Shown one piece after another: positions 40,431 through 48,771 of a stretch of 64,000 bases of DNA; the first letter of the stretch is position 1, and each line of letters begins with the position of its first letter. Origin of the DNA: Thermoplasmata archaeon (lineage in GTDB: Archaea > Thermoplasmatota > Thermoplasmata > UBA10834). Position numbers and translations under genes: made by a program. The notes beneath the pieces are model-generated. The model ran no database searches. It was not told the origin of the DNA and saw nothing but the letters and a program-made list of their open reading frames with translations. The stretch spans positions 166,987-230,986 of the forward strand of contig JAEHCM010000001.1 in the NCBI GenBank assembly GCA_020696365.1, in the 5' to 3' direction.

Positions 40431-40993
40431 ATCCAGAGGCAGTCAAGCGCTCCGCCCGGGTCGTCCGGGAGACAAGGGAGACCAGGGTGTGCGCAGAGGT
40501 GACAATAGACGGTACAGGCGACGCGAAGTGCGATATCCCGGACGAGTTCCTCAGACACATGGTCGAGACGCTTGGGAGATATTCCGGCATCGACCTGGTC
40601 ATAGAGGCCAAGGGAGATATCGATCATCACTTGATCGAGGACGTCGCGATAACCCTAGGACGTGCCTTCCGCGAGGCCATCGCCGAATCGCCCGTCAGAA
40701 GGATAGCGAACGCCGTCGTACCCATGGACGAGGCCCTCGTGCAGGTCACGGTGGATTTGATCGACCGCCCCTACGTGCATTTGGAGCTCCCTGACCAGAT
40801 GTACTCGCATTTCATAAGGTCGTTCGCGATGGAGATGCGGGCAACGATTCACACTGTGGTTGTCAGAGGAGTAGATGACCACCACATAGTCGAGGCGACG
40901 TTCAAAGCACTCGGCAGGGCCCTGGGAGAGGCGATGTCTCGTACGGAGTCGTCGGTATCGACCAAAGCCTCCGTCAAATGGGGTGTCGGCTGA
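40427..40993 (+). CDS. hisB: imidazoleglycerol-phosphate dehydratase
   Basis: IGPD motifs (RETRETRV, IDHHLIEDVAITLG, RGVDDHHIVEATFKALGRAL). Confidence 0.85.
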   Translation: MNPEAVKRSARVVRETRETRVCAEVTIDGTGDAKCDIPDEFLRHMVETLGRYSGIDLVIEAKGDIDHHLIEDVAITLGRAFREAIAESPVRRIANAVVPMDEALVQVTVDLIDRPYVHLELPDQMYSHFIRSFAMEMRATIHTVVVRGVDDHHIVEATFKALGRALGEAMSRTESSVSTKASVKWGVG

Positions 40994-41757
40994 TGCCGCT
41001 AGCGAAGAGGATCATACCTTGCTTGGACGTCCGCGACGGCGTCGTAGTCAAGGGCATTTGCTTCAAGGGACTGACGGAGGTCGGCGACCCGCCGACGCTG
41101 GCAGTGAAGTACCAGGAGCAGGGTGCGGACGAGATCGTGTTCCTCGATGTGAAAGCCTCGTTGGCAGGCGCCGAGACACTGCGTGCCGCAGTACAGAAGA
41201 CGGCCGAGCAGCTCTTCGTGCCTCTTACGGTAGGTGGGGGGATCAGGACCTTCGAAGACGTCAGGCAGATGCTTCGCGTGGGAGCAGACAAGATATCAAT
41301 CAACACCGCAGCCGTTGCGGACCCTACTCTGATTTCTAGATGTGCGGGGGCATTTGGCAGCCAGTGCGTCGTTGTCGCCGTGGATGCAAAGCGTACAGGC
41401 GACAGCTGGGAGGTTTATACTCACTCTGGGACGAGGCCTTCTGGGCGCGATGTGGTCGATTGGACGAGAGAGGTCTGTGAGTTGGGCGCAGGAGAGATAC
41501 TACTGACTAGCATGGACTGCGACGGCATGAAGAACGGGTACGACCTCGAGCTCACCCGGAGGATAGTGCGGGAGGTGAGCGTGCCCGTCATTGCCTCGGG
41601 AGGGTGCGGCAACATCGAGCATGTGACGGAGGTCCTTTCGGCAGGCGAGGCGGACGCTGCGCTCGCGGCATCGATATTCCACTATGGCCAGCACACGGTA
41701 CGCGATGTGAAGGAAGCGCTCGTTGAAAGGGGAATCCCCGTGAGGAGATGCAGCTGA
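40993..41757 (+). CDS. hisF: imidazole glycerol phosphate synthase, cyclase subunit
   Basis: RIIPCLDVRDGVVVKG start and TGATG coupling with the hisB stop. Confidence 0.85.
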   Translation: MPLAKRIIPCLDVRDGVVVKGICFKGLTEVGDPPTLAVKYQEQGADEIVFLDVKASLAGAETLRAAVQKTAEQLFVPLTVGGGIRTFEDVRQMLRVGADKISINTAAVADPTLISRCAGAFGSQCVVVAVDAKRTGDSWEVYTHSGTRPSGRDVVDWTREVCELGAGEILLTSMDCDGMKNGYDLELTRRIVREVSVPVIASGGCGNIEHVTEVLSAGEADAALAASIFHYGQHTVRDVKEALVERGIPVRRCS

Positions 41758-42332
41758 TGGCTAAGAGCGCTCTCATCCCGGTAGTCGTTCAGGACGTCAG
41801 GAACAACAATGTCCTGATGGTGGCCTTCACGAATGACGAGGCGCTCGAACTCACGAAGAAGACTGGATACATGCACTTCTGGAGCAGGTCAAGGCAGAGC
41901 ATATGGAAGAAGGGCGAGACATCAGGCAACGTCCAGAGGGTCGTGGAACTGCTGACGGACTGCGACGGAGACGCGATCCTCGCACGCGTGGAACAGACTG
42001 GTGTGGCATGCCACACAGGGACATACTCTTGCTTCTTCGACAAACCTTTGGGACAGAACGATGTCGTGTCGGAGCTGTGGAGTGTGTTCGATGAGAGGAA
42101 AGGGAGCCAGTGTGAGTCCTCCTACACCTGCCGGCTGATGAGCAATCGGAACTTACTCCTGAAGAAGATCGCTGAGGAGAGTTCCGAAGTGATACTAGCT
42201 GCAAAGGACAGGAACAGAGGTGAGGTCGTCTACGAGGCGGCCGATCTGATGTACCATCTGCTCGTGCTTCTGTACGACGAAGGCATTACGCTGGATGAGG
42301 TCTACAAGGAACTGGAGGGAAGAAGAAAATGA
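41757..42332 (+). CDS. hisIE: bifunctional phosphoribosyl-AMP cyclohydrolase / phosphoribosyl-ATP pyrophosphatase
   Basis: HisI segment (VQRVVELLTDCDGDAILARVEQTGVACHTGTYSCFF) followed by a HisE MazG-like segment (EVVYEAADLMYHLLVLL). TGATG coupling with hisF. Confidence 0.85.
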   Translation: MAKSALIPVVVQDVRNNNVLMVAFTNDEALELTKKTGYMHFWSRSRQSIWKKGETSGNVQRVVELLTDCDGDAILARVEQTGVACHTGTYSCFFDKPLGQNDVVSELWSVFDERKGSQCESSYTCRLMSNRNLLLKKIAEESSEVILAAKDRNRGEVVYEAADLMYHLLVLLYDEGITLDEVYKELEGRRK

Positions 42333-42997
42333 GGGCGAGACGTTGCGACTTCCATACGCACACGATATTCAGCGACGGAGAACTGATTCCGATGGAACTC
42401 ATTCGAAGGGCTGCTGTGGCAGACCACAGAGCGGTTGCGATAACCGATCACGCGTCGTTCTCGAGCTTAGATTGGATTATCGGGCAGGTGGCAAAGGACT
42501 GTGCCAAGGCAGACGCATGGGGGATCGACGCGATTCCCGGCGTGGAGATCACCCACGTGCCGGTCAAGTACCTTGACGAATCCATCCGTCTCGCTAGGAA
42601 GGCAGGAGCGGAGATCGTTGTCGTGCACGGAGAGACCCCGGTCGAGCCTGTGGAGAACGGGACCAACCACGCTGCGGTATCGAACCCCGATGTCGACATA
42701 CTGGCACACCCTGGAATGATGTCAGAGGATGATGCGCTCCTCGCCGCAAAGAACGAAGTGTTTCTAGAGATCTCATGTCGGAGGGGTCATTCCCTGTCGA
42801 ATGGGCATGTCGCATCGATGGCCGCGAACGCCGGGGCGAGGTTGCTCGTCAACACAGACATGCACTCCCCCGAGGACCTGAGTTCAATGGCCACCGCAAC
42901 CGCTGTCGCCAGAGGGGCGGGCCTCGATCCAGACCGGACCAGGGAAGCGCTTGTCACCAATCCTGAGACACTGCTTCGCAAGCTGGGAAGGCTCTAG
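42329..42997 (+). CDS. hisK: histidinol-phosphatase, PHP family
   Basis: PHP-domain metal ligands (CDFHTHTIFSDG, ITDHAS, VVHGETP) at the end of the his cluster. Confidence 0.7.
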   Translation: MRARRCDFHTHTIFSDGELIPMELIRRAAVADHRAVAITDHASFSSLDWIIGQVAKDCAKADAWGIDAIPGVEITHVPVKYLDESIRLARKAGAEIVVVHGETPVEPVENGTNHAAVSNPDVDILAHPGMMSEDDALLAAKNEVFLEISCRRGHSLSNGHVASMAANAGARLLVNTDMHSPEDLSSMATATAVARGAGLDPDRTREALVTNPETLLRKLGRL

Positions 42998-43023
42998 TCT
43001 GCGTCTTATTAACTTTCGGCATC

Positions 43024-43033
43024 TATATTAATA
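43024..43033 (+). promoter_or_regulatory. putative TATA box for nikR
   Basis: TATATTAATA, containing the palindromic TATTAATA, 32-41 nt upstream of the nikR ATG. Confidence 0.3.
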
Positions 43034-43064
43034 ACGCTGAAATACCGACATCGCCATAGCGGCG

Positions 43065-43466
43065 ATGAAGAAAATGATAGTCAGTCTTTCGGTTCCCGAG
43101 GCGCTGCTGGATCAGTTCGACGAGGTTCTTCGTTCGAAGGGATTCCGGTCGCGTTCTGACGCAGTGAGAGAAGCTATGCGCGCGTTTCTGGATGAGGCCG
43201 ATTGGGAGAGTTCCGACGGCGAGAACCAGCTGGTCGTGACTACCATCTACGACGAGCACGGCCCTCGCGGCGAGCTCTCGGCCCTGCAGCACAGACACGA
43301 GGAGATACAGATGATGCTCCACCTGCACCTGGAGAAAGGACAATGCATGGAGCTTTTCATCGCGAGAGGATCGAACGCCGTGCTACGCGAGATCCTGGGC
43401 AAGTTGCGTAGAATCAAGGGCGTGAGGTCAATCAGATTCATCTCGACCGCGAGCGGCATCCGTTAA
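43065..43466 (+). CDS. nikR: nickel-responsive transcriptional regulator NikR
   Basis: N-terminal ribbon-helix-helix (MKKMIVSLSVPEALLDQFDEV) plus a C-terminal ACT-like domain with the high-affinity Ni site ligands H-x13-H-x-H-x5-C (HEEIQMMLHLHLEKGQC). Confidence 0.85.
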   Translation: MKKMIVSLSVPEALLDQFDEVLRSKGFRSRSDAVREAMRAFLDEADWESSDGENQLVVTTIYDEHGPRGELSALQHRHEEIQMMLHLHLEKGQCMELFIARGSNAVLREILGKLRRIKGVRSIRFISTASGIR

Positions 43467-43637
43467 GTGCTCAACCATTGACGGCTCCGCGGAGTCGTCA
43501 GTCCGGTAGAGAGCTCACGCCCCTCTCCTAAGCTTGTCAGATTCTACACGCCATCGATTCTGAACATGCAAAACCAGGTTAAGAAAAACAGAAAGGAAGG
43601 GAGAGCGAGTCTCCCAGTTTCAACCAGCTCTTGTCCC

Positions 43638-44795
43638 TCAGTTGTAGTCTACGAGGAAGTCATACCAGCCCAGATCGACTGCGAAGTCGACCTCGGCGTA
43701 TGCTGGAGAATAGAAGGACCAGTCTCCCCTTACTCCCCACCATATCGTGAGACCTCTCGCGTCCTCGGCTCCCTGGCCTCCCGAGACCGCTAGGACTGAG
43801 CTGTCCACAAGAGCAACCATGTTGGCAGTCGCGGTCCTCAGGTCGGCGTCGCTTATCTTGGAGTTCGCCAGCAGCGTGTCGCCGAGGTCTGCCATGTCGA
43901 CATGCTTGTATGTCGCCCATGCGGCATATGAGTCCTTCAGTGCAGTCTTGTAGTATCTCGCGTACGCGCCGAGGTTTGCATGCATCTCCGCGACCCATGT
44001 ATCGAGTGTCGCTATCGAGCCTCCAATGACTCCAACGTCGACCGCCGACAATCCTACCGTCGTGGCCCAGCTCAGAGGATCGTAGTAGGCGGCCCAACCG
44101 TCGACCATGTCAACAGCGACCTGTGCTGGCGTTCTCGAGGAGTCCTGTGCGACAGACGTCCACATCAAATCGTACGGAAATCCATTCTCCGGTATAGTCT
44201 CCTCCGATGCGACCATCAGGTCCACAAGGCCGGTCTGTGCGACTTCATAGACGACCTCTACGGCGGCCATGTTGCATGCGTCGAATGACAGGATGTCTAT
44301 GGAGACGCCAGCGCCTTCGATGGCGGTCTGCAGTTCATCCATCGTAATCTCATCACCGGAGGTCGAGTCATCGCTTATGTACCTCCACGCATAGCCATGG
44401 TCCCACATGGTTATCCCGAGTTTGTCGGACGGATAGAGCGTCGCAACTTCCGTGATGAACCACTGGAACGTGGCGCCGTCTCCGTAATTCATCTCCTCGT
44501 AAGTGTCGACCAGAGTGACGACACCGCCAGAGATCTCGTACAGCGAGCTTCCATTCTGGGCGACCCAGTCCATCATCGCGACGATGTTCACATCAGAGTT
44601 CGCCGGTATGTTCTCGAGAGCTGGACGGCTGAAGTCCTCCCAATACCGTTCAAGGTTGTTGTCCCCGTTGACATAGATCGCTAATGTCCACGAAGTGGTT
44701 TCTCCCTTTGCGTGCATAGTCATTGCCAGGCTAGGCACGACGAGAAGGGAGGCAATCAAAATACCCAGGCCCACTTTAGATATATGTCCCCTCAA
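43638..44795 (-). CDS. secreted clostripain-family (C11) cysteine peptidase
   Basis: N-terminal signal/TM segment. C11 hallmarks: AIYVNGDNNLE, catalytic His context MWDHGYAW, catalytic Cys context LSFDACNMA. Confidence 0.7.
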   Translation of the reverse strand: MRGHISKVGLGILIASLLVVPSLAMTMHAKGETTSWTLAIYVNGDNNLERYWEDFSRPALENIPANSDVNIVAMMDWVAQNGSSLYEISGGVVTLVDTYEEMNYGDGATFQWFITEVATLYPSDKLGITMWDHGYAWRYISDDSTSGDEITMDELQTAIEGAGVSIDILSFDACNMAAVEVVYEVAQTGLVDLMVASEETIPENGFPYDLMWTSVAQDSSRTPAQVAVDMVDGWAAYYDPLSWATTVGLSAVDVGVIGGSIATLDTWVAEMHANLGAYARYYKTALKDSYAAWATYKHVDMADLGDTLLANSKISDADLRTATANMVALVDSSVLAVSGGQGAEDARGLTIWWGVRGDWSFYSPAYAEVDFAVDLGWYDFLVDYN

Positions 44796-45117
44796 TCATT
44801 CACCCCCGTGGGAAACCACTTCGCTTTACATCTGCAAAGCTTCCCCACTCGATGGGTGAATGGTCGGATGACTATTAGAATCTGGCTCAGCTTGGCAGAG
44901 GCCGTCTCGTGCGATGCGCCTTTAAAGTCGAACGTTTGTGATCCGACTCTGATGGCTGCCAACCGAATATCTTCTCAATTGGATGAGCCCTAATCGGCCA
45001 TCAGCCTAATGCGGGGCGCGGGAGTACTGACCCCCCCCGCGGCTCCTACTGGGGCAGTTCGTGGTAGGGGAAATCAATATTAGCGGGCTATGCGATGGGA
45101 AGCCGTGAGGTGGTGAG

Positions 45118-45405
45118 ATGATGGACGTCTCGAAGATGAACGGTGTGAAGGTGATTACCGCCAATTCCTACACGTTGGGAGAGGTGGAAGGTGCGAACGT
45201 CGACACTAATAGCTGGAAGATGACCCACGTCAAGATAGGGTTGAGTGACGAGGCGACACGCGAGCTCGGGTACTCGAAACCGCTCCTCGGGTCTGTGAAG
45301 ATATGCCTTCCGGTGGATTCCATCGCCGGTTACGGCGATGTCATGACTCTGAAGAAGTCCATTATGGAGCTGAAGGGCTCTGATGAATGCAAGGCCAAGC
45401 GCTGA
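45118..45405 (+). CDS. PRC-barrel domain protein
   Basis: 95-aa small beta-barrel protein ([30 protein letters not shown]). Confidence 0.45.
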   Translation: MMDVSKMNGVKVITANSYTLGEVEGANVDTNSWKMTHVKIGLSDEATRELGYSKPLLGSVKICLPVDSIAGYGDVMTLKKSIMELKGSDECKAKR

Positions 45406-45433
45406 CGGTCAGCCACGGGATGAGGTGTTCGGC

Positions 45434-46093
45434 ATGGGCTGCGACGGAGGGTTGACGACGGGGATTCCTCTGCTCGGCGATAAGTTACCAGAGCTTGAGG
45501 TTCAAACGACACATGGCAAGATGAAGCTCCCAGAAGCCTTCGCGGGCAAGTGGTTCGTGCTTTTCAGCCATCCAGGTGACTTCACACCTGTGTGCACCAC
45601 GGAGTTCGTGGCCTTCGCGAAGATGCACGAGGAGTTCAGGAAGGAGAATTGCGAGCTCATTGGGCTTTCAGTAGACCAGGTGTTCTCCCACATCAAGTGG
45701 ATTGAGTGGATAAAGGAGAAGCTCGAAGTGGAGGTTACCTTCCCAGTCATAGCCGATGGCTCTGCAAACGTCGCGAAGACGCTGGGAATGATACATCCTG
45801 GCAAGGGTACAAACACCGTTAGGGCGGTGTTCTTTGTGGACCCTGAGGGCAAGATCAGGCTCATGATGTACTACCCGCAGGAGATTGGCAGGAACATGAA
45901 CGAAATCCTCAGGGCCGTCAAGGCGCTGAAGCGATCCGACGAGAACAAGGTCGCTATGCCTGCGAACTGGCCGAAGAACGACTTCCTGGGCGACAAGGTG
46001 ATAATTCCTCCCGCCACGGACGAGAAGACCGCGAAGGAACGACTGTCGAAGTACGACTGCTACGACTGGTGGTTCTGCACGAAGGAGCTGTGA
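45434..46093 (+). CDS. peroxiredoxin (1-Cys/Prx6-like AhpC/TSA family)
   Basis: Peroxidatic Cys motif [12 protein letters not shown]. About 219 aa from the internal ATG at 45434; the ORF opens at 45383. Confidence 0.85.
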   Translation: MGCDGGLTTGIPLLGDKLPELEVQTTHGKMKLPEAFAGKWFVLFSHPGDFTPVCTTEFVAFAKMHEEFRKENCELIGLSVDQVFSHIKWIEWIKEKLEVEVTFPVIADGSANVAKTLGMIHPGKGTNTVRAVFFVDPEGKIRLMMYYPQEIGRNMNEILRAVKALKRSDENKVAMPANWPKNDFLGDKVIIPPATDEKTAKERLSKYDCYDWWFCTKEL

Positions 46094-46165
46094 CTCGCCT
46101 GTCTCCCGAGCCTCTTGGGGCATATCGTTCCGAGTGGGGACCCTCGTAGCGAGAAAGGTTGGTTA

Positions 46166-46270
46166 TGGCGCTCCCGCCGGGATTTGAACCCGGGTATCGA
46201 ACTTTCTCCGGGCGAGTCTGAACTCGCTCGCGAGAGGCTCGAATGATTGGCCGGACTACACTACGGGAGC
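46166..46270 (-). tRNA. tRNA-Glu (anticodon CTC) with a 27-nt intron after position 37; CCA encoded
   Basis: Minus-strand acceptor GCTCCCG/CGGGAGC, archaeal Glu-type D-arm GTGTAGTCCGGCCAATCAT, anticodon stem CGAGC/GTTCG with loop CTCTCG-[intron]-A, and T-arm CCGGG-TTCAAAT-CCCGG. Confidence 0.75.
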
Positions 46271-46369
46271 CTGGTTCAAGCATCCAAATCGGGAGGCTTT
46301 ACATAAACGTTTGGGGTCGAGTTCCTCTTCGTAGAGCGCACTCGCGTTGGAGCCGCTGAAACGCCGCAT

Positions 46370-47188
46370 TCACAGGTCCTCGTCGCCTTCCCTCCAATCC
46401 AGGCCTGGAGTTCTGAGCCCAATCTTCACCACTGCTGGAACCTTTCGTTTGTGTGACGACGATCTGACCATTTTGACGACCCTGTCTATCTTATCCTTTG
46501 GGACGCCTGTACGCTCTATCGCAACATTGCTGTCGAGCCCGAGTTCTATCGTGAGGAGGACTGAGTCGAGGTCTTCGTAGCTCATGCCTATCTCCTTCTC
46601 GTCCGTCTGTTCCGGCCATAAGCCTGCAGAAGGCGCCCTGCCGATGATCTTCTCTGGAATGCCGAGGACTTTCGCCAGCTGGCGTACCTCCGTCTTGTAC
46701 AGGTCTCCTATGGGCTCCAGGTCCGCCCCGCCGTCTCCATGCTTCGTGAAGTATCCAATCAGCAGCTCGCTCTTGTTGCTCGTTCCGAGAACGAGCCTCT
46801 CGTCCTTGCCGGCGAAATGATAGAGGAGAATCATCCTGCAGCGCGCCTTGATGTTCGCCAATCCCCTCCGGCCGATCTTCGCGCCAACTGCGCGTGAGAA
46901 TGACTCGACAGCATCAGAGATGTCTATGATCCTGTGCTGGACTCCCTCAAGCTCACACAACATCGTTGCATCCTCAAGGTCTCCTCTGGGGGAATCCTTC
47001 TCTGGCATGATTAGGCCGAGCACCTTCCCCTTGCCAACAGCTCCGACTGCCAATCTGAGGACGACGGCGGAATCTATCCCTCCGCTTACGCCTAGGACAT
47101 ATCCCTTCGCCCCGGTCTTCCTCAGCTTCTCAGCAATGAAATGCTCGATGATGCTCTCAGTACCGTTCTTGAGGATGGGTGCCGTCAT
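46370..47188 (-). CDS. nadE: NH3-dependent NAD+ synthetase
   Basis: PP-loop SGGIDSAV and NadE C-terminal region. Confidence 0.85.
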   Translation of the reverse strand: MTAPILKNGTESIIEHFIAEKLRKTGAKGYVLGVSGGIDSAVVLRLAVGAVGKGKVLGLIMPEKDSPRGDLEDATMLCELEGVQHRIIDISDAVESFSRAVGAKIGRRGLANIKARCRMILLYHFAGKDERLVLGTSNKSELLIGYFTKHGDGGADLEPIGDLYKTEVRQLAKVLGIPEKIIGRAPSAGLWPEQTDEKEIGMSYEDLDSVLLTIELGLDSNVAIERTGVPKDKIDRVVKMVRSSSHKRKVPAVVKIGLRTPGLDWREGDEDL

Positions 47189-47287
47189 CGGCGTTGTGAT
47201 GGGTGGGTCCGGATATAGCCGTTATGGTCAGATGCGAGAATGGTTCCATCCGAATCATAATCTACCGGCGATGCGGTTCTTCATAGG

Positions 47288-48130
47288 ATGACCAAAGTCG
47301 GAGTCGTGCTGGCTCAGGTCAACTGTCCGTTGCATGACAAAGGTGCCAACCTGAGGAGGATGACCCAGGTAGTCAAACGGGCCAAGGGGGATATTGTCAT
47401 CTTCCCTGAGTTGAACGTGACGGGCTACATGCCCAGGGACGATTTATTCAAGGTCGCCGAGCCTGCGGATGGGCCGACAGTCAAGAAAATCGTCAAGTTG
47501 GCGAAGGACTCTCAGAAGGACATCGTCTTCGGGATGCCGATCCAGGACGAGAGGGACCACGGACATCTCTTCAACTCCGCACTTGTCGCGACTGGACATG
47601 GCTGCCTGTTCAGATATGACAAGATGTACCTGCCGAATTTCGGTCCGTTTGAGGAGAGGATGTTCTTCACCGGTGGAAGGGGTGCCGTCGTGGCTGAGGG
47701 AATGCACGCCAGGATTGGGCTCACAGTGTGCTACGACATCTTCTTCCCGGAATTGGCCAAGCTCGAGTCTCTGATGGGTGCACAGCTGCTGGTGAACCTG
47801 TCTGCCTCTCCGACCACATCTAGGTCGAGCTTCGAGAAGGTACTCCCAGCGCGTGCGGTGGAGAACGGCTTGTTCGTCGCCTTCACGAACATGGTAGGCG
47901 TGCACGGCGGTCTGGTGTTCAGCGGGGGAAGCCTGATGTACGACCCTTGCGGAGAGCCCCTGGCGAGGGCCGCCGACCTGAAGGAAGATGTGGTGGATGC
48001 AGGGATGGACCTGCATGAAATCGCTCTCACCCGCAGGTTCAGACCTCTGGCAAGGGACATTCGCCCCGAGGTTCTTGACGAGATCCGCTCACTGCTCCGG
48101 GTCAGGTCTGGTGACGACGCCCTCAGGTAG
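47288..48130 (+). CDS. carbon-nitrogen hydrolase (nitrilase superfamily)
   Basis: CN-hydrolase E-K-C triad contexts (IVIFPEL, RYDKMYL, LTVCYDIFFPE). Divergent from nadE. Confidence 0.75.
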   Translation: MTKVGVVLAQVNCPLHDKGANLRRMTQVVKRAKGDIVIFPELNVTGYMPRDDLFKVAEPADGPTVKKIVKLAKDSQKDIVFGMPIQDERDHGHLFNSALVATGHGCLFRYDKMYLPNFGPFEERMFFTGGRGAVVAEGMHARIGLTVCYDIFFPELAKLESLMGAQLLVNLSASPTTSRSSFEKVLPARAVENGLFVAFTNMVGVHGGLVFSGGSLMYDPCGEPLARAADLKEDVVDAGMDLHEIALTRRFRPLARDIRPEVLDEIRSLLRVRSGDDALR

Positions 48131-48228
48131 AGGGGGGGGTGGCTCACGAGGCGTCTTCATCTCGTTCCAGCATTTCGTGCGTGGATTCGGATATTCTTAA
48201 ATATGAACATCATTTTGGAGGTATCCAA

Positions 48229-48334
48229 GCTGAGGTAGCCCAGCCCGGTAAGGCGCGAGCCTGGAGTCTTGATGATTCAAGCCAGTCAGCTCGTGGCGCT
48301 CTGCGCCTCGGGAGTTCAAATCTCCCCCTCAGCG
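48229..48334 (+). tRNA. tRNA-Ser (anticodon GGA) with a 21-nt intron after position 37
   Basis: Acceptor GCTGAGG/CCTCAGC with discriminator G, 3-bp D-stem, anticodon stem CGAGC/GCTCG with loop CTGGAG-[intron]-A, long variable arm GGCGC-TCT-GCGCC, and T-arm GGGAG-TTCAAAT-CTCCC. Confidence 0.75.
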
Positions 48335-48400
48335 CCTTGTCATATCTTGCTGTTCTCGTGTGGACTGGAAGATTCATACGCGGAACGCAGATTTGCGATG

Positions 48401-48408
48401 TTATAAAA
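48401..48408 (+). promoter_or_regulatory. putative TATA box (TTATAAAA) for the receiver/kinase gene
   Basis: AT-rich octamer about 50 nt upstream of the ATG at 48460, immediately downstream of tRNA-Ser. Confidence 0.3.
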
Positions 48409-48459
48409 TACCCCCCCAGGCTATGGCTATTTCGGTCGGTTCGAAAGGATTTGAAATGG

Positions 48460-48756
48460 ATGAGCGACCCTGAGATCAATGTTCTGCTTGTGGACGACGA
48501 GCCCGAGTTCGCGGAGCTCGTGCATTTCTTTCTAGGCAAGCAACACGATATCACCGTTCATTCGACGAACACTGTCACGAAAGCGCTAGAAATGATTGAT
48601 ACGACGGAGTACGACGCCATTGTGTCCGACTACATGATGCCCGAGATTAACGGCATAGACTTCCTGAAAATACTGAGGGCAAAAGGCAGTTCGATCCCCT
48701 TCATCCTCCTGACGGGTCGGGGGAGGGAGGATGTCGCCGTCCAGGCCCTTAACTAG
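48460..48756 (+). CDS. response-regulator receiver domain truncated by an in-frame TAG
   Basis: NVLLVDDEPEF ... DAIVSDYMMPEINGIDF ... ILLTGRG ... AVQALN then TAG. The stop falls where the receiver alpha4-beta5 GADxY element normally follows. Confidence 0.6.
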   Translation: MSDPEINVLLVDDEPEFAELVHFFLGKQHDITVHSTNTVTKALEMIDTTEYDAIVSDYMMPEINGIDFLKILRAKGSSIPFILLTGRGREDVAVQALN

Positions 48757-48771
48757 GGGGCGGATTTCTAC

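Noticed and set aside
45000-45117. GC-rich imperfect hairpin (GCGGGG...CCCCGC) upstream of the PRC-barrel gene as a possible ncRNA
   Set aside because: The stem is short and imperfect and there is no recognisable RNA family architecture. More likely plain intergenic/promoter sequence.
48754-48756. Genome-wide recoding of TAG as a sense codon
   Set aside because: TAG clearly terminates several well-conserved genes here (cdc48 at 26935, the PRC-barrel gene at 14957, the membrane protein at 12312). Global amber reassignment is therefore not supported; only local read-through or pyrrolysine remains possible.
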